Under the pieces are notes generated by a model. That model searched no databases, had not been told where the DNA came from, and saw nothing but the letters and a program-made list of their open reading frames with translations. From assembly GCA_003023195.1 (NCBI GenBank), contig PXRX01000001.1:768-64767 (forward strand): a stretch of 64,000 nucleotides of DNA, written 5' to 3'. Both the position numbers and the translations under genes were made by a program. Source of the stretch: Halobacteriales archaeon QS_8_69_26. Lineage in GTDB: Archaea > Halobacteriota > Halobacteria > Halobacteriales > SW-7-71-33. Below, piece after piece: positions 9,538 through 17,183 of the stretch; position 1 is the stretch's first letter; every line of letters starts with the position of its first letter.

Positions 9538-11061
9538 CTATCCCTCGTCGGTCCCGGACTCGTCGAGGGGGTTCTCGGCGACGTAGACGAACGCGAGCAG
9601 CGCCGCCAGTGCGAGCGCCAGCGCCACCAGCGCCCGCCCCTCGTCGGGCGGTGCCAGGCCGGCGGGGCCCAGCAGGAACATGGCCCCCGTCGCGACGACG
9701 ACCGCGAGGACCCCAACGACGGCACTGCCGACGGCGTGCGTGAGTTCGACCTCCCGGGTGTCGACGCCCCGCCCGAGCTGTTCGCGGAGCGTGGTGGTGT
9801 TCTCGCCGAGGTCCCAGACCAGCAGGGATCCGGCGGCGCCGGCGAACACGACGACTGCGGGTGCGTCGCCCACTGCGGCGGCCAGCGCGGCGACGAACAG
9901 GAGGGTCCCCCCGGCCGCGTAGCCCGCTGCGGAGTCGGGGACCGCGCCCAGCACCGTCGCCGCGCCGAAGGCGAGCAACAGGGTCCGGACGACCACCAGT
10001 GCCCCCACGACACAGAGCAGGACGACAGCGGTCGCACCGAACGTCCCCGGGAGGCTCCCCAGGCCCGAGGCCGAGGCCCACCGGCCGAGTGCGGCCCCGA
10101 CGGGGGGAATCGCCCCCAGCCCGGTCACGACGACCGCGGCGAAAGCACCCCCGGCGGCGTACGCGAGCGCCGTGGCGGGCTGGGGGCCGGCCCACCACAT
10201 CACGACCACCTGGAACCCGCGCGCGACGAGGACCAGGACCGCGAGCAGGGCCACGGCCACCAGGGGGAGGTGGAAGACGCCGTACACCAGGACCAGTTCG
10301 ATGGCGGTCCCGAGGTCCGAGAGGACGCCGAGCACCGCCCCGAACCAGCTACCGGAGGGGTTCACCAGCAGGACGAGGACCTGGAGCATCAGCAGCGCCC
10401 AGTAGGCGACGGGGACGTCCTCCAGTCGGAAGCCGAACCGTTCGAGGGGCGACTCCGACCCCTCGCCCAGGTCCGGGATCCACCGGTCGAGTACCGGGAT
10501 CGCTTCCCCGACCAGCACGATGGTGACGACGGCGAGGAACTGGAGCGCCACCAGGGCGAGGAAGGCGTTGACCGACGTCCAGAGGACGACCACCGCCTCG
10601 GGCGCGAGCAGCACCGTCGGGAGGACGCCGAGGTGCCAGGTCGCCGCCAGGGCGGCGGCGGGAACGATGACTGCGGCCGACCGCTTGACGGCCTTGCCGA
10701 CCGGGGGGCTGGCCTGGACGGGCGACTCGACGAACGCGTCCAGGACGACGACCGCCACGCCCAGCGAGGCGGCCGGGACGAACGCCGCCGCGACCGAAGA
10801 GTGCCGCAGGCCGACGGCGATCCCGCCCAGGAGCGCCAGGCTCCCGACGACGAGTCCGGCGCTCCCGGCCGCACGGGTGGCGTTCTCCTCGCGCACCAGG
10901 GCGCGGGCACCGGCAGCCAGGATCACGCCGCCGCCGACGCCGCCGAGGGTCGCACCGGGGACGCCGATGGCGACCCCCAGGACCAGCGCCACCAGCGCCG
11001 CCAGGACCGACGCCAGGCGGGCGCCCAGTCGGACCTGCCGCTCCGCGGGGTCACGGCTCAT
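9538..11061 (-). CDS. Polytopic membrane protein, last gene of the DUF4129/DUF58 operon (hypothetical)
   Basis: Start re-picked at ATG 11061 (MSRDPAERQVRLG...), which overlaps the upstream stop (ATGA). The protein is about 507 aa and almost entirely hydrophobic Ala/Leu/Val/Gly helices. No catalytic motif was recognised. Confidence 0.7.
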   Translation of the reverse strand: MSRDPAERQVRLGARLASVLAALVALVLGVAIGVPGATLGGVGGGVILAAGARALVREENATRAAGSAGLVVGSLALLGGIAVGLRHSSVAAAFVPAASLGVAVVVLDAFVESPVQASPPVGKAVKRSAAVIVPAAALAATWHLGVLPTVLLAPEAVVVLWTSVNAFLALVALQFLAVVTIVLVGEAIPVLDRWIPDLGEGSESPLERFGFRLEDVPVAYWALLMLQVLVLLVNPSGSWFGAVLGVLSDLGTAIELVLVYGVFHLPLVAVALLAVLVLVARGFQVVVMWWAGPQPATALAYAAGGAFAAVVVTGLGAIPPVGAALGRWASASGLGSLPGTFGATAVVLLCVVGALVVVRTLLLAFGAATVLGAVPDSAAGYAAGGTLLFVAALAAAVGDAPAVVVFAGAAGSLLVWDLGENTTTLREQLGRGVDTREVELTHAVGSAVVGVLAVVVATGAMFLLGPAGLAPPDEGRALVALALALAALLAFVYVAENPLDESGTDEG

Positions 11062-12326
11062 CCCGACCACCTCCGCTCGGCACGCGCGACGGCGGTGTGG
11101 AGCGGTTCGTCGGGCGACCACTCCAGGACCCGCGTCTCGCTCTCGCGGAGTTCGTGGACGCGGTGGGCCCGGTCGATGCGGGCCAGGGTGTCACCGGGCG
11201 TCTCGCCAGCGGTGACGTCCGGGCTGACGACCGTGACCGGGTGGCCGTGTGCCCGGAACCGGTTGACCAGCCCCACCGGGTCGTCGTCGAGCAACGGCGA
11301 GACCAGGACGACCTGGGCCTCCGGCGGGATCCGCCGGTCCAGTGCCGAGAACCGGCGGCCGCCGAAGGCCATCCTGTCACCCTGGCCGTCGCCGAGGGCC
11401 CCGGGCCCGTCTTGCAGCAACTGCCGCACACGGAGACGCTGTGGGTCCCCGGCCGCCGGGGAGAGGTACCCCCCGTGGCCGCCGTACATGGCGAGGCCGA
11501 CGCGGTTGTGTCGCTCCAGCAGCGTATCGACGACTTCCTCGGCGGCGTAGGCACCCAGTTCGACGGCGTCGGGTTCGACGGGGTCGCGGGCGACGGAGGC
11601 CTCCATCCGGGCGTCGACCACCACCACCACGACCGCGGCCTGCTCCTCGCGGTACTGGATGGTGGTCAACTCGCCGGTCCTCGCGTACCGGTTCCAGTCG
11701 ATCCGTCCCATCGGGTCGCCCCGCTGGTAGCTGCGCGTGGCGTAGAACTCCACGCCCTCGCCACCGTCGTCGGTCTCGATCCGACCGGTGTGGGGGATGG
11801 TGCGCTCCGCGAGCGGGAGTCCCTCGGGAGCGGACCGGCAACTGAGTTCCGTCCTGGCCCGGACGAACTGGCGGCGCTCGACGCCGCCGCTCAGGTTCCG
11901 GGTGACGACGACCGCCCCGTCGAACGCGTGGTCGCCCCGCCGGCCCCGGACGCTGTAGGTGTGGGTGGCCGACTCGCCGGGCGACAGCGTCGCCGTGAAG
12001 GCGGAACCGTCGTCGACGACCTCCAGTTCCTCGGGGATCCGGTCGGTCACCCGGAGGTCCGGGAGCGGGTCGTCCCCGACGTTGGTCACGGTGAGGGTCA
12101 CCGTCACCTCCGCACCGGGCAGCGGCGAGTCGTCGTCCAGGGATCGCTCGACGGTGACCGTTCCCGGCGGCGGCCCGGTCACGTAGCCGTAGACGGCGTA
12201 CACCAGGCCGACCGTGGCGGCGAGGAAGACGGCGGGGTTGCCGGTGACGACGCCCGCACCGCCGGCGAGCAGGGCCGTCGCCAGGCCGACCTCCCACCGG
12301 CCAGTCTCCCTCGTCTCCTCGGTCAT
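11058..12326 (-). CDS. DUF58 domain protein (MoxR-system-associated family)
   Basis: 422 aa. Two N-terminal TM helices are followed by an Ig-like segment (VTLTVTNVGDDPLPDLRV) and the DUF58 core GEGVEFYATRSYQRGDPMGRIDWNRYARTGELTTIQYREEQ...VVVVVDAR. Confidence 0.8.
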   Translation of the reverse strand: MTEETRETGRWEVGLATALLAGGAGVVTGNPAVFLAATVGLVYAVYGYVTGPPPGTVTVERSLDDDSPLPGAEVTVTLTVTNVGDDPLPDLRVTDRIPEELEVVDDGSAFTATLSPGESATHTYSVRGRRGDHAFDGAVVVTRNLSGGVERRQFVRARTELSCRSAPEGLPLAERTIPHTGRIETDDGGEGVEFYATRSYQRGDPMGRIDWNRYARTGELTTIQYREEQAAVVVVVVDARMEASVARDPVEPDAVELGAYAAEEVVDTLLERHNRVGLAMYGGHGGYLSPAAGDPQRLRVRQLLQDGPGALGDGQGDRMAFGGRRFSALDRRIPPEAQVVLVSPLLDDDPVGLVNRFRAHGHPVTVVSPDVTAGETPGDTLARIDRAHRVHELRESETRVLEWSPDEPLHTAVARAERRWSG

Positions 12327-13267
12327 CGGGATCCCTCCCGTGCGGCGGAGCGCTCGACTTCGGGAGCGTCGGTCCCCTCCCGGTCGCCCCCGTCCGCGGA
12401 CTCTCTGGCGGTCGGGTCACCGTCCGTACCGGCGTCCGGTGGGACGACCCTCCCCCCCGGTGCGACCACGTCCTCGGGCGACCTCGCGTCGTCGTCCCCG
12501 TCGCTGGTCCCATCGCCGGGACCGGATCCCTCCTCGGCGGCGAGGTCCGTCTCCCTCGCGTCGGCGGTCGGGACGCCGGATCCCCCGGGGCGGCCGGTCT
12601 CCGTCGTTTTCAGGTCGACCGGCTCCGGGGCCATCCCGCTCCCCGTCTCGACCCCGGCCATGTCGGCGAGTTCGTCGACGGCCGCCCGGACCTGGCGCTC
12701 GAACGGTTCGCCGCTCAGCCAGTCGCGGATCCGGACCTCCAGGGGGAGGTTCGTGGCGTCCCCGCCGAGGAACGCGGCGGCCCGGGGCCGGTCGGTCCAG
12801 GCGCCGGCGTCCACGCTGTCGCGGGCCTCGCGCCGACTGTACCCGCGGGTGTCGACCAGCACGTCGACCGCGGTTTCCCGGACCGCGTCCTGGACCCGGC
12901 CCTGGTCGATCAGCCGGTCGACCGTGGTCGCCTGCCCGTCGGGGGTGGCGATCCGTTCGAGGAGGTCGTCGATGGACCGGCCGACGATCCGTACCTGGCC
13001 CTCCCGGCGGCGTTCGCGCTCGGCCGGGGTCGCCGGCAACTCGACGGACCCCGAGGCGGTCCCGTCACTGCCGCGGTAGACCGCCCACAGGCCCAGCAGG
13101 CCGGTCGCCCCGGCGAGGACGAACACCAGGCCCCGCACCGTACTCGACAGCCCCTCCGCGAGGCCCGCGGGGACGACCCCCGGGACCGCGGCGACGGCGA
13201 CCGCGCCCGCCAGGGCCGCAACTCCCGCGAGCATCACCGTGTCGACCCCGAACACCGTGCGGTTCAC
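12323..13267 (-). CDS. Membrane-anchored hypothetical protein (operon gene 2)
   Basis: GTG start at 13267 overlaps the upstream stop (GTGA), and the stop overlaps the DUF58 start (ATGA). Two N-terminal TM helices are followed by a soluble region and an acidic low-complexity tail. Confidence 0.65.
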   Translation of the reverse strand: MNRTVFGVDTVMLAGVAALAGAVAVAAVPGVVPAGLAEGLSSTVRGLVFVLAGATGLLGLWAVYRGSDGTASGSVELPATPAERERRREGQVRIVGRSIDDLLERIATPDGQATTVDRLIDQGRVQDAVRETAVDVLVDTRGYSRREARDSVDAGAWTDRPRAAAFLGGDATNLPLEVRIRDWLSGEPFERQVRAAVDELADMAGVETGSGMAPEPVDLKTTETGRPGGSGVPTADARETDLAAEEGSGPGDGTSDGDDDARSPEDVVAPGGRVVPPDAGTDGDPTARESADGGDREGTDAPEVERSAAREGSR

Positions 13268-14433
13268 GACTCCTCACCCCCGTGACGTCGGATCTCCTCC
13301 AGGGCCGACAGCGCCGCCCGGAGCCGGTCCTCGGAGGGCGGGACGCCCCCGTAGCGGACCGCCCGGAAGGTCCCCGTCAACCGCTCGACGGCGTCAGACG
13401 GGAGTCCGGCATCGACGGCGGCCCGCGCGAGTTCGCCGGGGGTCCGCGCGGCGGTGTTCCGGGCCCCCAGGTGCTCGACGAAGGCCGCCCACGCCTCCTC
13501 GACGGACTCCGGCGGGGTCTCCTCCTCCTCCACGGCCTCCTCGCTGGGCGGTACCGGCGAGGCGTCGCGGGGGTCCCTGCTCGGGGTCGCCCAGTCCGGG
13601 GTGCTCAGGCCGCCGAGGCCGCCCACCAGCGCCCCGAGACCGCTCGGGATCGCGACGAGTGCGCCACCCAGCGCACGGGTCGACCCGGCGAGGACCGTTC
13701 CCATCGCCGTCGGGAGCGACGACAGCGCACCGCTGCCCGACCGAACGAGCGCCGACAGCGCCGGTCCGAACCCGGACCCGGCGGCGCTCATCGCAGTCCC
13801 GACCTGGTCGACCAGCCGCGCCGCCGAGGCGGATATCGCCAGCACGTACGACATCGTCGACCTGGAGATGCCCTGGACGGCGCTGCCGACCTGGAACTCC
13901 ACGCTCCCGACGGTCAGGACGGTCCCCGTCGCTGCCCGCTCGACGGCGACCGTGCCCGTGGCCATCCCGACCAGCCCCAACACGAGGCCGAGCACCGTGA
14001 TGGCTCCGAGGGCCCACACGACCGCACCCAGCAACAGCGACACCAGTGGCGCCAGGACGGAGTCGTCGTCGCTGTCCGAGGGGTCCTCGGTCGTCGTGGA
14101 CTTGGTCGTCGCCGTCGGCGTCTCTCCGGCCGTCGTGGTCCCGTCGCTCTCCGTGGTCCCGTCTGTCGTCGTCTCGCCCCCGTCCTCGGTGGTCGTGTCG
14201 GTTCCGTTCCCCTCTCCGGTCGAGTCACCGGGGACGGTGGTGGCCCCGTCTCCCCCTGTCGTAGGCGGGCCGTCGCCGCCCGGTCCCTCCGCCACCCCCG
14301 TGTCGCCGTCCCCGCCGCCGGGGAGGGCGCCGAAACCGGCGGCGGGGAAGGCGGAGGCGGCGATCAGCACGGCGAGGACCGAACAGACGGCGAGGACCGC
14401 GCGACCGAGATCGTATCCCACAGTCGTCTTCAC
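13264..14433 (-). CDS. DUF4129-like membrane protein (operon gene 1)
   Basis: GTG start at 14433. The order is a signal/TM segment, a Thr/Gly/Asp-rich linker, several TM helices, and a C-terminal segment WAAFVEHLGARNTAARTPGELARAAVDAGLP..AVERLTGTFRAVRYGG that resembles the DUF4129 helical domain. Confidence 0.65.
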   Translation of the reverse strand: MKTTVGYDLGRAVLAVCSVLAVLIAASAFPAAGFGALPGGGDGDTGVAEGPGGDGPPTTGGDGATTVPGDSTGEGNGTDTTTEDGGETTTDGTTESDGTTTAGETPTATTKSTTTEDPSDSDDDSVLAPLVSLLLGAVVWALGAITVLGLVLGLVGMATGTVAVERAATGTVLTVGSVEFQVGSAVQGISRSTMSYVLAISASAARLVDQVGTAMSAAGSGFGPALSALVRSGSGALSSLPTAMGTVLAGSTRALGGALVAIPSGLGALVGGLGGLSTPDWATPSRDPRDASPVPPSEEAVEEEETPPESVEEAWAAFVEHLGARNTAARTPGELARAAVDAGLPSDAVERLTGTFRAVRYGGVPPSEDRLRAALSALEEIRRHGGEES

Positions 14434-14443
14434 TTACTTGCCG

Positions 14444-14475
14444 TCAATTATGTGTTTTTTCATCGCGTAATTTAT
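14444..14475. promoter_or_regulatory. AT-rich divergent promoter region (DUF4129 operon / htpX-like gene)
   Basis: gtcaattatgtgttttttcatcgcgtaatttatg is the only AT-rich stretch between the two divergent genes. It contains two TATA-like elements. Confidence 0.4.
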
Positions 14476-14577
14476 GACGCCCCCGTACCACGATCCGGGC
14501 GTGAACGGTGTGGGTCGGGGGTCCCAGCCGTCGTCCCCGCGGCACCGCCCGGCCCGCCACAGCGGAGGCCCGACGCA

Positions 14578-15672
14578 ATGACCCGTGACTCCGACCTCGC
14601 CCGGCCGATCGCGCTCACGCTGGCGCTCGTGCTCGCGATAGACCTCGCGTTCGTGCTCGTGGTCGCGTACCTGCTCCGCCCGTGGTTCGCCCCGCTGGCG
14701 GGTGCGCTCGGCGGGACGACCCTCCCGGTGTGGCCGCTCGCGGCGGTTCCGGCGCTCGTGGCGTTCGTCTGGGCACAGCTCCGGTACACCCGCCGGGGGA
14801 CCCTGGCGGAGGTCGACGCCCGCGAGGTCGGTCCCGACGAGTACCCCGACCTCCACGGCCGCGTCGCCCGGCTGGCACGCGGCGCAAACGTCGCCGTCCC
14901 CGCCGTCGCCGTCGCGCCCACCGCGGTACCCAACAGCTTCACCGTCGGCGGCCCCACCGACGCCGTCGTCGTCGTCTCCGAGGGCCTGCTGGACGCCCTC
15001 GACGACGACCAGCTAGACGCCGTCCTCGCCCACGAACTCGCACACGTCAAGAACCGCGACGCCACCGTCATGACCCTCGCGAGCTTCCTGCCCTCCCTCG
15101 TCGACGACGACTACTCGCTGCTGGCGGACCTGCTCCCCGGCGAGTGGGAGGGATCCGGCAGCCTCGCGTTCTGGGGTGGCGTCCTCGGGGTCCTGTACGT
15201 CCTCGGCCTGGGGGCCTTCGACGCGCCCGCCTTCGGGCTCCAGTACACCGGCGCGTTCGTGGTGCTCGTGGTCTTCAGCGTGCTGTTCGGGAGCGCCGTC
15301 CTGGGCCTGCTGGCGGCCCCCGTGCTCGTGTTGAGCCGGCGGCTCTCGCGCTACCGGGAGTTCGCCGCCGACCGCGCGGGCGCGCTCCTCTCCGGCAAGC
15401 CCGGTGCGCTCGCGAGCGCGCTCGAATCCCTCGACGGCGGGGGGCACCCGGGCGCCGACCGCCGTGCGGTCGCGACCACCCAGTCGGTCCGGGGACTCTG
15501 CCTGCTTCCCCACGGCTTCGACCCCGACGAGTCCGCCGAGGCGGCCGACGACCCCGTCGACGCCGAGGACGGCTTCTACGTCCGCACCCGCTCGCACCCA
15601 CCGACCGGGGATCGGATCGCCCGACTCCGGGAACTCACCGCCGAGATGGAGTCCGGGGCGGTGACCGCCTGA
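14578..15672 (+). CDS. M48 family (HtpX-like) zinc metalloprotease
   Basis: Start re-picked at ATG 14578 (MTRDSDLARPIALTL...). The preceding 788 codons of the track ORF are Arg/Pro-rich antisense of the DUF58 operon. HELAH zinc motif, four or more TM helices and a downstream EFAADR motif are present. Confidence 0.85.
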   Translation: MTRDSDLARPIALTLALVLAIDLAFVLVVAYLLRPWFAPLAGALGGTTLPVWPLAAVPALVAFVWAQLRYTRRGTLAEVDAREVGPDEYPDLHGRVARLARGANVAVPAVAVAPTAVPNSFTVGGPTDAVVVVSEGLLDALDDDQLDAVLAHELAHVKNRDATVMTLASFLPSLVDDDYSLLADLLPGEWEGSGSLAFWGGVLGVLYVLGLGAFDAPAFGLQYTGAFVVLVVFSVLFGSAVLGLLAAPVLVLSRRLSRYREFAADRAGALLSGKPGALASALESLDGGGHPGADRRAVATTQSVRGLCLLPHGFDPDESAEAADDPVDAEDGFYVRTRSHPPTGDRIARLRELTAEMESGAVTA

Positions 15673-15772
15673 CGGGCGGACCCACCATCCCTCGCTCCGC
15701 GACGGCCGCGGGCCGGCACACCCACCGCTCTCGGGGGATCCGCCGTCGGTCATAAATCCGTACGTCTCGTGC

Positions 15773-15937
15773 TCAGACCTGACGCGACAGCGTCAGCAGC
15801 ACGAATATCAGCCAGACGGTGAGTGCCAGGACGAACACCGGCTTCCCGATGGGCTTCCCCAGGGCGATGAGGCCAGCCCCGATGATGAGCAGGAGCTGGA
15901 TCCCCGACACGTCACCCAGATCGACGTTCACTGTCAT
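15773..15937 (-). CDS. Small membrane protein (54 aa), hypothetical
   Basis: Internal ATG at 15937: MTVNVDLGDVSGIQLLLIIGAGLIALGKPIGKPVFVLALTVWLIFVLLTLSRQV. Two hydrophobic helices and G/C-rich third positions support it. The upstream part of the 101-aa track ORF looks non-coding. Confidence 0.4.
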   Translation of the reverse strand: MTVNVDLGDVSGIQLLLIIGAGLIALGKPIGKPVFVLALTVWLIFVLLTLSRQV

Positions 15938-16110
15938 GGTTGGCCGCTGCTCCTTGACCGTGTGCTTCACCGCTCTATCGGGCGAATTCACCGGAGGAAC
16001 AGCAACAGTCCATACGCGGCCTGCACGAATAAATCTCATCGAAACGCGGGGCGAAATTGAAACTGGTTCGGGGATCACCCTGGACAGTCAGGGTTGATCC
16101 GTGGATCGGC

Positions 16111-16131
16111 GGATCCGGGCGGATTCGAACC
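16111..16131 (-). other. Partial copy of the tRNA-Val T-arm/acceptor 3' end
   Basis: 16114-16131 (tccgggcggattcgaacc) is identical to 16249-16266 inside tRNA-Val, and 20 of 21 nt match over 16111-16131. No matching 5' acceptor strand, D-arm or anticodon arm could be found. Confidence 0.7.
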
Positions 16132-16209
16132 TCGTCGAGACGATCCGGGTCGCTCGCTTCGCTCCCTTCCCGGGCTGCGTCTCCCCTGGTTCGAACCGCC
16201 CTCCATGCC

Positions 16210-16244
16210 CTTCCTGCGGCTCGCGGATTGCTCGCCGCAGGAAG
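16210..16244 (-). other. Perfect 11-bp stem hairpin directly abutting the tRNA-Val 3' end
   Basis: CTTCCTGCGGC (16210-16220) pairs with GCCGCAGGAAG (16234-16244) around a 13-nt loop. It starts at the first nucleotide after the tRNA discriminator base. Function (trailer processing or termination) is unknown. Confidence 0.6.
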
Positions 16245-16319
16245 TGGGTCCGGGCGGATTCGAACCACCGATCTCGGCCTTGTAAAGGCCGCGTCATACC
16301 CAGGCTAGACCACGGACCC
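16245..16319 (-). tRNA. tRNA-Val (anticodon UAC)
   Basis: The reverse complement GGGUCCGUGGUCUAGCCUGGGUAUGACGCGGCCUUUACAAGGCCGAGAUCGGUGGUUCGAAUCCGCCCGGACCCA folds by hand into a cloverleaf. The acceptor stem is 7 bp (GGGUCCG/CGGACCC). The anticodon stem is CGGCC/GGCCG with loop UUUACAA. The T-arm is GGUGG-UUCGAAU-CCGCC. CCA is not encoded. Confidence 0.9.
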
Positions 16320-16339
16320 GCAGACGGGGAAAGCGGGCC

Positions 16340-16356
16340 GAGGGGAATAATCCTTG
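16340..16356 (-). promoter_or_regulatory. Putative tRNA-Val promoter (TATA-like)
   Basis: The AT-rich element ggattatt (minus strand) lies about 27-34 nt upstream of the tRNA 5' end. Confidence 0.35.
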
Positions 16357-16434
16357 TCTTCTCGGGGCGCGTCTCCGAACCTGTCCGCGGCCGGTCGAGG
16401 GGATCCGTGCCGGAACACGCACCTCCCGCCCGAC

Positions 16435-16452
16435 TACAGTAATCTTACTGTA
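16435..16452. repeat. AT-rich palindromic element, copy 1 (TACAGTA-atct-TACTGTA)
   Basis: Perfect 7+7 inverted repeat with a 4-nt spacer. The same architecture occurs at 39093-39114 and 61889-61910. Confidence 0.8.
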
Positions 16453-16548
16453 AACTGGCGCGTCCCCCCGATCGAACCACGCCCGGTATTCGCCCCGCCA
16501 TCCGGGGTGTCCGGAACCCTTACCCGAACTGGTCCCCGACCGGGGCGC

Positions 16549-17049
16549 ATGGAGCGCGAGCGGATCCTGTCGGTGGCAGTCCTCGTCTTCCTCGTCGGGG
16601 CCGCCGGCCTCGTCGCCGTCCAGGCCGGCTACCTACCGAATCCGGCGGCCGACGCCCACGACCGGGCACGGGTGACCGTCGTCGACGAGGGCGGCGAGGA
16701 ACTGGCCGTCGTCGACGCCAGGGTCGCCGACACTCCCCGCGAGCGCCGGATCGGACTGGGCGAGACGGACTCCCTGGAGAACGGGTCGGGGATGCTGTTC
16801 GTCCTCGACGCGGAGGACGAACACGTCTTCGTCATGCGGAACATGGACTTCCCCATCGATATCGTCTACGCCGACGCCAACGGCACCATCACCCGGATCC
16901 ACCACGCCCGTGAACCACCGCCGGGGGTCGACGGGGAGTCACTGCGGTACCCGGGGTACGGGAAGTACGTCCTGGAGGTCCCCCGCGGCTACGCCAACGC
17001 GACCGGGATGGACGAGGGCGACCGGATAGAGATAGAGTACGCCGACTGA
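16549..17049 (+). CDS. DUF192 domain protein (secreted or membrane-anchored)
   Basis: Start re-picked at ATG 16549 (MERERILSVAVLVFLVGAAGLVAV...). An N-terminal hydrophobic anchor is followed by the DUF192-like core ..RERRIGLGETDSLENGSGMLFV...FVMRNMDFPIDIVYAD..G.I..I. Confidence 0.75.
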   Translation: MERERILSVAVLVFLVGAAGLVAVQAGYLPNPAADAHDRARVTVVDEGGEELAVVDARVADTPRERRIGLGETDSLENGSGMLFVLDAEDEHVFVMRNMDFPIDIVYADANGTITRIHHAREPPPGVDGESLRYPGYGKYVLEVPRGYANATGMDEGDRIEIEYAD

Positions 17050-17109
17050 CCGGATCGAAATAGAGTACGCCGACTGACCGGATCGAAATAGAGTACGCCG
17101 ACTGATCGG
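17032..17109. repeat. 28-bp tandem repeat (about 2.8 copies) duplicating the DUF192 gene 3' end and its stop codon
   Basis: The unit ATAGAGTACGCCGACTGACCGGATCGAA occurs at 17032-17059 and 17060-17087. A partial, variant third copy lies at 17088-17109. Each copy carries GAGTACGCCGACTGA (E-Y-A-D-stop). Confidence 0.9.
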
Positions 17110-17183
17110 CTCATCCCTTCGGGGGATCGGAGAGAGGGTAGTTTGAAATACACCATCCACGAGGCGTTCACTGTACGGCGCTC

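Noticed and set aside
12214-14577. N-terminal 788 codons of the 1152-aa plus-strand ORF that ends as the HtpX-like protease
   Set aside because: This part is Arg/Pro/Gly-rich and antisense to three well-supported, translationally coupled minus-strand genes. The protease-like sequence begins only at ATG 14578.
16100-16244. A second, intron-containing tRNA next to tRNA-Val
   Set aside because: I tried to fold the region by hand. The T-arm/acceptor 3' copy has no complementary 5' acceptor strand (GGATCCG) upstream. There is no D-arm or anticodon arm and no C/D-box-like intron signature. I treat it as fragments, and a tRNA finder should confirm this.
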